Positions 21,767-29,819 of a stretch of 44,122 bases of DNA are shown piece after piece. The position numbers were made by a program, and so were the translations under genes. Every line of letters starts with the position of its first letter. Position 1 is the first letter of the stretch. The notes beneath the pieces are model-generated. The model was not told the origin of the DNA, did not search any database, and saw only the letters and a program-made list of their open reading frames with translations. The stretch comes from Promethearchaeota archaeon (lineage in GTDB: Archaea; Asgardarchaeota; Lokiarchaeia; Sigyniarchaeales; SOKP01). The stretch lies in contig JAFGOA010000031.1 of NCBI GenBank assembly GCA_016926735.1, positions 1 through 44,122 of the forward strand, read 5' to 3'.

Positions 21767-21869
21767 AATAAATTTTTATAAATCGATAATATATTTTTTT
21801 GAATTTTTCAACTATAATAATAAGTTGGGAGAGAACCAAATGATATTAAAAATTTCAGAAAAATTTTGA

Positions 21870-23102
21870 TTAAGTAATCTTTGATCCACATACTGGACAA
21901 ATTATTGAATCTTTTACAGTTGCACCACAAATAGAGCATAATGTTACAGATTTTCTTGTTTGTGGTGGCCTTAAACTAGTAATAGAAACATTTTCACCAT
22001 TACTTAGAGCTTTATTGGTATCTTTTTTTGATGAATTTGCATTTATTGTAACTTCTTTACCAAAAAATCCCCCTACTTTAACTTTTTTTTGTACAACCTC
22101 AGGTACATTTTTTCCTGAATCTATATTTGACATTGCTTGATTGGATTCTTCTGAAATTAATTCTCCTTCTATTAAATTCTCACCTGATTCTGTTTTTTCT
22201 TCTAAAACCATCTCAACAAAATCTTTATCCAATTTCAAAATTGCACTGCACTTTGGACAACGAAAAATATATGCTAATCCTATATTATTAACTATTGAAT
22301 ATTCAGCTGCACAGCAACTATGGTAAGGACTATTACAATTATAACATTTATGAACCTCATCACTATATGCTTCACATATAGGACATAATTCTTGTTCACA
22401 TAATATACATTCTTTTTTATCTTCTGGAGAAAGAGAGATAAGATCAGTTGCTAATTTATCATAAAAAGTATGCTCATCTTCTAAAATTTTTTTAGATTCA
22501 GCTTTTATTAGATTAAATTCACTCTTACTACGTACCAATGAATTTAAATAGTTTGAAAATTGTTTACTTTCATTGCAATAAAGTGTGCCTCCAAATGTTT
22601 CACTTGTAAGAACTTTTAACTTTACATCATCTTCATAGAATTTATCTTCTCCAATACGAATTATATCGATAAATGTATGAAAATTTTTAGCTTTTAATAC
22701 TAAATTATAAAGAGCAGTGTGATATTCTTCTGATTGTGTGCTTGGTGTATCAGATATAACAATTATTCTATAGATCTTGGGTTCAATTCTACTTTTTTTA
22801 AAAATATGAGCTAATGTTTCATAAAGTCCATTTTCAAAATAGCTTATACCTTCTTCTCTTTCTTCCCAAATATCTTCAATTTTTTCTAAAATAAAAGAGG
22901 CTATTTGATCATAAATACTAAATACTTCTTTTTGTTTTTTAAAGATAACAAATCCATATGTAAAATTGCCCACTTTATTATTCGCATCCATAAATGATTT
23001 AAGACTTTTCAATAAACCTTTTTTTTTAAGGAACTCAGTTGATATATCTAAGTAGAAAATAATTTCCTTTGAATCTAAATTTTCATCATTACTTATTTGC
23101 AT
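21870..23102 (-). CDS. vWA-like domain + C4HC3 RING/PHD-like finger + C-terminal Zn ribbon
   Basis: IFYLDIS...RIIVISD...IDIIRIG...LTSETFGG (vWA-like); CILC-CPIC-CYNC-x4-HSCC-CPKC; terminal CSIC...CPVC. Confidence 0.7.
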   Translation of the reverse strand: MQISNDENLDSKEIIFYLDISTEFLKKKGLLKSLKSFMDANNKVGNFTYGFVIFKKQKEVFSIYDQIASFILEKIEDIWEEREEGISYFENGLYETLAHIFKKSRIEPKIYRIIVISDTPSTQSEEYHTALYNLVLKAKNFHTFIDIIRIGEDKFYEDDVKLKVLTSETFGGTLYCNESKQFSNYLNSLVRSKSEFNLIKAESKKILEDEHTFYDKLATDLISLSPEDKKECILCEQELCPICEAYSDEVHKCYNCNSPYHSCCAAEYSIVNNIGLAYIFRCPKCSAILKLDKDFVEMVLEEKTESGENLIEGELISEESNQAMSNIDSGKNVPEVVQKKVKVGGFFGKEVTINANSSKKDTNKALSNGENVSITSLRPPQTRKSVTLCSICGATVKDSIICPVCGSKIT

Positions 23103-23417
23103 ATTATATTTTTACCTTTGATTTGATATCGGATATAATTTAGTGAAAAAAGCATTCTGTTTTATTAATGAAAAATTAATAAAATTTTATTTAGGAACAA
23201 TAAAAAAGAATTCTTATTTATTTTTATTCTAATTTCTATCAAAGTTCATATTAGTCCTATTACATTAAAAAAAAAATTTCAAGATTACTCAAAAAAGACT
23301 ATGAATGACTCACAATGAATTAATACTAATAATGATAAATCATTTTGTTCAATGATTTACCATATAAAAAGCGATTATACGCTCATAGCAAAATAATACT
23401 TCTATACATTGAATAGG

Positions 23418-24614
23418 TCATAATGTAAATTTCTCATAGGTCACTTTTCCTTCCTTTTTGCGTACCTTATACAGTTTTCCAAAGTATCCTCCAACTCTTA
23501 TTATTTTTACACCCTCCTCTTCAATATTTTCCATCTCAGATTTAGATTCTTCTATCATTAGATTATTTTGTATTTCTATATTTATATCTTGATCTAATAT
23601 ATTTGGTTCATTTTTAGGAAAAATGAGTTGGTCTTTTCTATTTATGTCTGATCTTGGTTCAGGTTTTTTCTTTAGATATAAATCAATAAATTTATTTTCT
23701 TTTTTTTCTTTTCCTTCTTTATCTATAATCTCTCTATCAAGTTTTAATAATATACCACATTTAGGGCATCTAAAAATATATGGTATTCCAACATTATATT
23801 CCACTGAATATTCTAATATACAACAATTATGAAATGGAGACCTGCATTCTTCACAAATTTGAGGGATATCATAAACATCTGAACAAATAGGACAAATTTC
23901 TTTATTGCATATATTACAGACTAAATCTTCTTTACTTTCAGGTTCTATCAAATTTTTTGATAAATTTCTGTAAAATTTTAGATCATCTTGAGTAATGTCA
24001 AAATGTTCTGGTCTATCTGAATAAAGATTTACTATTTCCTTTACTTTCACAAGTTGGTTAAATACAAGTGTAAGTTCTTTCTTGTTATGGGTGTAAAAAA
24101 TACCTCCTTTTGTGTCTGATGCAAGAATATTCAATTTTACATCATCTTTAAAAAACCTATTACCTTCCCCAACAACACGAATAATATCTATAAATGTTGG
24201 AAAAAATTTTACTTTTGATATCAATTCAAACAAAGCATCTTGATAATCTTCAGAAAGTTCACTTGGTGTGTCAGTGAGAACTATAATTCTATTTGATTTT
24301 GATTTCTTTCTAATACTATCGGCAATATATGATAATATATAAAATAATCCCTTTTCAAAATTAGATTTATCTAAAGATCTATTTTTCCAATTTAAATCAA
24401 ATGTTTGAGAAAATTCTGTAATATCACTTTGTTCACTTAAGAATATTGGAAAATCATCATTACTAAAAAAAAGGAGCCCAAATTTACCCTTTAAATTAAG
24501 TTTTTCCTTTTTCTCTATATAATCTTTTATTAGATTATAAAGAGTCTTCTTTTTTATATACTCTTTTGTTAAATCTAAATAAAAAAAAACATCTTCATAT
24601 TTTTCTGCTGACAA
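23418..24614 (-). CDS. vWA-like domain + C4HC3 RING/PHD-like finger; paralogue of 21870-23102
   Basis: FFYLDLT...RIIVLTD...IDIIRV...LASDTKGG; CNIC-CPIC-CEEC-x4-HNCC-CPKC; TTG start. Confidence 0.7.
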   Translation of the reverse strand: MSAEKYEDVFFYLDLTKEYIKKKTLYNLIKDYIEKKEKLNLKGKFGLLFFSNDDFPIFLSEQSDITEFSQTFDLNWKNRSLDKSNFEKGLFYILSYIADSIRKKSKSNRIIVLTDTPSELSEDYQDALFELISKVKFFPTFIDIIRVVGEGNRFFKDDVKLNILASDTKGGIFYTHNKKELTLVFNQLVKVKEIVNLYSDRPEHFDITQDDLKFYRNLSKNLIEPESKEDLVCNICNKEICPICSDVYDIPQICEECRSPFHNCCILEYSVEYNVGIPYIFRCPKCGILLKLDREIIDKEGKEKKENKFIDLYLKKKPEPRSDINRKDQLIFPKNEPNILDQDINIEIQNNLMIEESKSEMENIEEEGVKIIRVGGYFGKLYKVRKKEGKVTYEKFTL

Positions 24615-24897
24615 TTTTTTAAAATATCTCCTATTTCTCTAAATAAACATAATTGATTTTTCTTAAATTTCTTTCTATATAAAAAATCCAGATATTTTAT
24701 ATTAATTTATGAATAAGGTGAAAATTGAGTTAAATTATATTGGAATTTTTGAATAACAAATCTTTTTATAGACATACGTTTAAGGATAAAACATACTTTA
24801 AAATATATAAGATCATAAATTTAATATTATAAGCTAATTATTTAATAAAATTGTAAGTTATAATAATTAGAACCAATAAAAACTAAAATGAACTTAT

Positions 24898-26871
24898 ATG
24901 GAAGAAATACTTAATAAATTAGAATTATCAGAAGAATCAATAAAACTGTATCTAGGAACTTTTGGGAAAGACATTTTATCATTTCAAGAACTAAAGTTAA
25001 TTATTCCAGAAATTATTGAAAAAAATCTAATTAAAAGATTAAACGAACTTCTCAATGCGGGATTATTAATTCAAGTCAATACCGATAAAGATGTATCACA
25101 AACAGATTTCTTTGCTATTCCTCCTTTTGATCCAATTCTAAACTACTTTAAAAACATAAAAGTAAGTTTTTCAGATATCAGTAGAGCTCTTAATGATTTA
25201 ATTGATTCTACAACAAAAGATATTTTTAAGAATAATAAAATTGAGCTTGAAACGGTTTATAAAGACTTCAAAGATATAGAAAAAGATTTTGTTGAGGATA
25301 GTCTTTTACAAAAAAAGGATGCTGAAGATATTTCAAAACAAATGGATGTAATTAGAAAAATAGGTGAAATTATCTCAAACATTCAAAATATAATAAAAGA
25401 TATCTCCCAAACAGAATTTTCTAATCTTATAAAAAGATTTGTAACTCTTAAAGAAGAGTTAAAATCAAAAATAGAAAGTCTTGAAATCAGGAAAAAAAAG
25501 GAAGAACTATTATTCCAAATACTTGATGATACCTTTAAAGATAGACTCGGAAATACAGTGAAAGATTTCATAAATACATTGAATTCTATGATAAAGCAGG
25601 AATTTAATAAAGTACCATTTAACGAAATTATTGAAAATGTTATCCATTCTCGTGATGACTTTAAAATCATGCTCTTAAATTTACTGAATAGTTTTGAATT
25701 GAATATAAATAAGATTTCAGATTTAATAAATGATAAAAAAACGAATCTAAATCAAAGTTTTGATGAACTTAAAAATCAAATAATAAATAAAATAAATTCT
25801 ATTGTTCAGAAAACAATAAAAAAAATAGAAAACCTAAATGATCCCATTATAACCTTGATATCCGAATCCAAATTAAAAACAACTTCTATAAAAACAGATA
25901 TCATTAAAAAATCTCAAGAAATTAGAAGCCTTACGAAGATTAAACAATATTTATTATCATCTATTAAAGATTCCAAAGAAGAATTATTATTAATCATTCC
26001 CAAAATAGAGGATTATATAGAGATAGGAATGTTTAAAAAATTACCTAAAACATTGAAAATCAAAATTGCTTCCTCTGATCCTCATGTTAATAGTAAAGTA
26101 AAACAATTTAAAGAACTTAATAATCTTGAATTTCGAAAATATGACAAACAGAATTTTATAGGAATAAAATCTGATAATAATTTAATTGGATTTGGACTAA
26201 TAATAGAAAATAAAGATCCTATGGATAATTTTATTGGTATTTCATCTAATAATAGTATTCTTATTGATTTATTGAAACCTTCCCTATATAAGATTTGGTC
26301 AGATGCTGAACATGGATCAAGTAGAATATTCGTTGAAGAAAAAAAATATAATTTTCCAAAAGTTGAAAATATGATGATTTCTCAAGAAAAAGAAATAAAC
26401 AGTATTGGGAAAAATAGAATACATATACCTAAATCTACTGAACCTCCAAAAAATATACCCCCACCTTCTGATATTTCAGAAATGTCTGTGGAACCTAAAA
26501 ATTTTAAATTAGAACAAGAACCGATAAATACTTCTTCTTTTCAAAAACAAAACTCTGAATTAAATATAAATGAATCTGTAAAATTTATCTCATTAGTTAA
26601 TCCAAAAGCAGGAGATAATTCTGGAATGATAATAAATGAAGCATTTAATACTTTGATTCAAAATATAAATATTTATTCTGGAGAAACCTTATCTCAAGAA
26701 TTAAATAGAATTACTGAATTAATATTAGAGAAAAGAGGATTTTCAGTAACTTTACATAACATTCGCACAACTATAAATGGTTATAAGAATCAAAAAATTC
26801 TTTTAACAATTGAGCAAAAGAACAAGATTTTTAACATAATTGAGGAATGGAAGAAAAGATTATTCACTTAG
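24898..26871 (+). CDS. Large multidomain protein: TrmB-like wHTH, long helical region, PLD-like domain, Pro-rich linker, C-terminal helical domain
   Basis: LELSEESIKLY...LNELLNAGLL...FAIPP (TrmB-like N-terminus); SKEELLLIIP..KIKIASS..EFRKY..IGIKSD (TrmB/PLD-like, no HKD). Confidence 0.55.
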   Translation: MEEILNKLELSEESIKLYLGTFGKDILSFQELKLIIPEIIEKNLIKRLNELLNAGLLIQVNTDKDVSQTDFFAIPPFDPILNYFKNIKVSFSDISRALNDLIDSTTKDIFKNNKIELETVYKDFKDIEKDFVEDSLLQKKDAEDISKQMDVIRKIGEIISNIQNIIKDISQTEFSNLIKRFVTLKEELKSKIESLEIRKKKEELLFQILDDTFKDRLGNTVKDFINTLNSMIKQEFNKVPFNEIIENVIHSRDDFKIMLLNLLNSFELNINKISDLINDKKTNLNQSFDELKNQIINKINSIVQKTIKKIENLNDPIITLISESKLKTTSIKTDIIKKSQEIRSLTKIKQYLLSSIKDSKEELLLIIPKIEDYIEIGMFKKLPKTLKIKIASSDPHVNSKVKQFKELNNLEFRKYDKQNFIGIKSDNNLIGFGLIIENKDPMDNFIGISSNNSILIDLLKPSLYKIWSDAEHGSSRIFVEEKKYNFPKVENMMISQEKEINSIGKNRIHIPKSTEPPKNIPPPSDISEMSVEPKNFKLEQEPINTSSFQKQNSELNINESVKFISLVNPKAGDNSGMIINEAFNTLIQNINIYSGETLSQELNRITELILEKRGFSVTLHNIRTTINGYKNQKILLTIEQKNKIFNIIEEWKKRLFT

Positions 26872-26912
26872 ATAAAAAGAAAATATTAAAAAAAATATCT
26901 TATTAAATTAAA

Positions 26913-27701
26913 TTAGCTGGATTTTTTATTTATATGTGATCTTACTATTCCAACAATAATATAACCAACTTCAATAATTACAAAACCAAAAAAGATGGAA
27001 CTTACAATTATAGCTAAAATAATTGTTGGATTTAATATCCCAATAATTCCAAAGATAGGACATAATGGTGCAAGCACAATAAAATAGATATAGATTTTCT
27101 TATCCTTTTCTCCAAATTTTATGCTTGTAGTGATATTTGACCATCCAAGAAAAATCATTATTATGGGAAGTAAAATATATGAAAAGAAAGGAAAAGCTAT
27201 ATCATAGGCTTGATATCCTCCTCCTCCTTCAAAAATAGCAAAAAAATAATTAGCATAAAATAAATTAATCATTAATAACGCACTCATTGGTGTAGGAACT
27301 CCAGTATATCCTGGAACATCAGAAATATTGAATCGAGCTAATCTTAAAATAGCACATAATGCAAATATAATACAAGCAATCAACAAAAAATAATCATAAG
27401 GTTCTAATGTATCTACAACTCGTCTAAATCCTTGAAACATAAGAATTGCAGGTGCAATTCCAAAAGTTAAAGAGTCATTTAATGAATCTAATTGTTTTCC
27501 TATTTCATTTATCGTTCCTGTCTTCCGAGCTATAAATCCATCTAATAAATCTGTTCCAATTGTAAAAGCAAGTAAGAAAAATCCTAAAGAAACATAACCA
27601 CGTCCACCAAGAGTTACTAAAAGAACAGCTATTAATCCAAGAGTTGTTCCTGTTAGTGTAATATAATCTTTTAATTTTAATAGATTAACAATTTTTGACA
27701 T
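26913..27701 (-). CDS. pssA: CDP-alcohol phosphatidyltransferase (archaetidylserine synthase-like)
   Basis: DLLDGFIARK..G.QLDSLND.LTFGIAP, LRLARFN and GVPTP motifs. Confidence 0.8.
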   Translation of the reverse strand: MSKIVNLLKLKDYITLTGTTLGLIAVLLVTLGGRGYVSLGFFLLAFTIGTDLLDGFIARKTGTINEIGKQLDSLNDSLTFGIAPAILMFQGFRRVVDTLEPYDYFLLIACIIFALCAILRLARFNISDVPGYTGVPTPMSALLMINLFYANYFFAIFEGGGGYQAYDIAFPFFSYILLPIIMIFLGWSNITTSIKFGEKDKKIYIYFIVLAPLCPIFGIIGILNPTIILAIIVSSIFFGFVIIEVGYIIVGIVRSHINKKSS

Positions 27702-27867
27702 TATATATTTATTAAATAAACCAATAATTAAAGATTTCTCCCATCTCTATTCTAATAAAAAATTGTCTTTTTTCTAATTCAAAATTAAAATCTTTGAGTT
27801 ACCAAAATTTTTATTTACATACTTTTATATTTTTTTAAAGAAGATTTTTATATTTAAAATAGTTATT

Positions 27868-29085
27868 GTGCCAAAAATGACTGAATATGACTATTTCATG
27901 GTTTATGAGCTTTTAGAGACCGGTGAAGAAGAGAGAATTGAGGCAGATCAAAATAATCTACAAGAAATTCTTCATCCAGAACAAGTTTTTGTAATTGTTA
28001 AAGAGGATGTAAGAAGAATATTTATATGGAAAGGAGCAAAATCTCCTGTTAGAAAACGATTCATTAGTTCAAGAGTAGCAAGTAAATTGCAAGATGAACT
28101 TATGAAACAAGCTGCTTTTCATCGCTGTAAAATTGTCTCTGTAGATCAAGGTGATGAACCTGAAGAATTCCTTAAGGTCTTCAGATTGGAAACTATGGAA
28201 GTTAAAGAAAAATTAGAAGATATGAGATATGTTCGAAATATCGAGAAAGATCTCGATGTTATAAAAGGAAAAGTTGTTGATGATGTTCCTATTAAAAAGC
28301 AAGTAGATGAAGAGTATTATTCTCCAGCATTAGAAGAGATGAAACGTAAAGGAATAGAAATAACATCAAAACCAATTCAACAAGATACAACCACAACTCA
28401 ATCAATGAAAATAAAAACATATCAACCTCCTCCTCATAAATTTGAAAAACCAAATCAAGATGAAATAATCAAAAAGATTTTGTCAAATAATGTTCCAAAT
28501 CAATATAAAAGACAAAATTTAATAATTGGAGAATCTTTGTTTGGTGCTGTTTCCAAAATAACAAATGTATTTGGAGAAGATATCGAAGAAACAGAATGGG
28601 AAAAAGTTGAAAAACTTCCCAAAGGAATTTTTAGTCTTGATAATTATTTATGTAGAATTTATTTCAACACACAAAAGGGAACTGTTGATGCTTTAGAAAT
28701 TTTAAAACCAGATAATGGAAAACCCGAGATGAAAAAAACGTCTTTTAAGATATCTGATGATGATATTTCATTAGAAAAGAAAATACTAAAATTAAAAACA
28801 CCTGAAAATTCATATCGAGAGAATTTAATAATTGGTTATAATTTATATGGTGCTATTTCAAAAAAAATTGAAGTTTTTGGAGAAGAAAGAGAAGAAGAAG
28901 AATGGAACTCTTTAAAAAAGGTTCCAAAAGAAATAGTTACATTGTCATCTCATTTATTCCGAATTTATTTTAATGAAAAGGAAGATAATGTTGATGCTAT
29001 TGAAATTTTGAAAAAAGAAGGGAATAGCGCTAATAAAAGCAGTACCAAAAGAAATTTACCAAAAATTCCCAGTAACAATGATTAG
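27868..29085 (+). CDS. Single-gelsolin-domain protein with duplicated C-terminal domain
   Basis: aa ~8-104 IFIWKGAKS...VDQGDEPEEF gelsolin signature; internal repeats at aa 202-280 and 304-382. Confidence 0.8.
   Translation: MPKMTEYDYFMVYELLETGEEERIEADQNNLQEILHPEQVFVIVKEDVRRIFIWKGAKSPVRKRFISSRVASKLQDELMKQAAFHRCKIVSVDQGDEPEEFLKVFRLETMEVKEKLEDMRYVRNIEKDLDVIKGKVVDDVPIKKQVDEEYYSPALEEMKRKGIEITSKPIQQDTTTTQSMKIKTYQPPPHKFEKPNQDEIIKKILSNNVPNQYKRQNLIIGESLFGAVSKITNVFGEDIEETEWEKVEKLPKGIFSLDNYLCRIYFNTQKGTVDALEILKPDNGKPEMKKTSFKISDDDISLEKKILKLKTPENSYRENLIIGYNLYGAISKKIEVFGEEREEEEWNSLKKVPKEIVTLSSHLFRIYFNEKEDNVDAIEILKKEGNSANKSSTKRNLPKIPSNND
28471..29013 (+). repeat. Two 79-aa intragenic repeats (28471-28707 and 28777-29013)
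   Basis: Ungapped alignment KKIL...RxNLIIG..LxGAxSK...VFGE..EE.EW...RIYFN...VDAxEILK. Confidence 0.9.
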
Positions 29086-29159
29086 AATTAAAGAAAGATA
29101 CGTTATTCTTAAAATTGTTTTTTATTATGTAAATTAAAGAGATATGAAAATATAAAGAA

Positions 29160-29621
29160 CTATTCAAATAATTTTTTATAGCAATTACAGCAAGGAATTC
29201 CTATAATAAATGTAAATTTTCTTTTTTTTTCGAAATACATAAGATCAATAAGCTTATTTTTCATATATGAAAATTTATCATCAAAATATAAATGTTTTAG
29301 ATTATAATAATGATTATCATTACCACAAACAGGGCAATAAGAAAAGTATTTTATAAAATTATTATATACTTCTTTTTCTTTTTGAGTTAATTTGCTTATT
29401 TTTATATCTGGATTATTAATAATTAAATCTTTTAAATAATCCAATTCTGTTAACATTTCTTCTCTTAGACTGTCTGTATTGATTAAATTATTTGAATTAT
29501 TTATCGAATTAAAGTTCATAGATGTAGTATTGCATATATCAAATTTATTAATATATTCTACAGCTTCGTTGAAAAATCTTAATTTTTCTTTTTTTTCAAT
29601 ATTTTCTTTTAGATCTTTCAT
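29160..29621 (-). CDS. Hypothetical Zn-binding protein
   Basis: FSYCPVC...IGIPCCNCY. Confidence 0.7.
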   Translation of the reverse strand: MKDLKENIEKKEKLRFFNEAVEYINKFDICNTTSMNFNSINNSNNLINTDSLREEMLTELDYLKDLIINNPDIKISKLTQKEKEVYNNFIKYFSYCPVCGNDNHYYNLKHLYFDDKFSYMKNKLIDLMYFEKKRKFTFIIGIPCCNCYKKLFE

Positions 29622-29819
29622 TTGTAATATATAATTTTTAATTATTTTTTCTTTTCACTCGATATAATGGTTTGAAAAAAAATCAATGCAAATAATAATT
29701 TAATAATAATCAATCACAATTTTATAAAAAAATGCTTATCCCCAATTTAATTTAAAAATAATTCTCTCTTTTTAATTTTTCTAACAAAAAAATTAAATAA
29801 TAATAATCTGACTTTTTTA

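Noticed and set aside
23340-23420. Selenocysteine readthrough of the TGA stop of 23418-24614
   Set aside because: The extension (PIQCIEVLFCYER...) does not match the paralogue's C-terminal Zn ribbon, and I saw no SECIS-like structure.
21870-29085. Split Sec23/24-like system (vWA + Zn finger + gelsolin)
   Set aside because: The domain order and finger type differ from Sec23/24, and the gelsolin gene is separated by unrelated genes.
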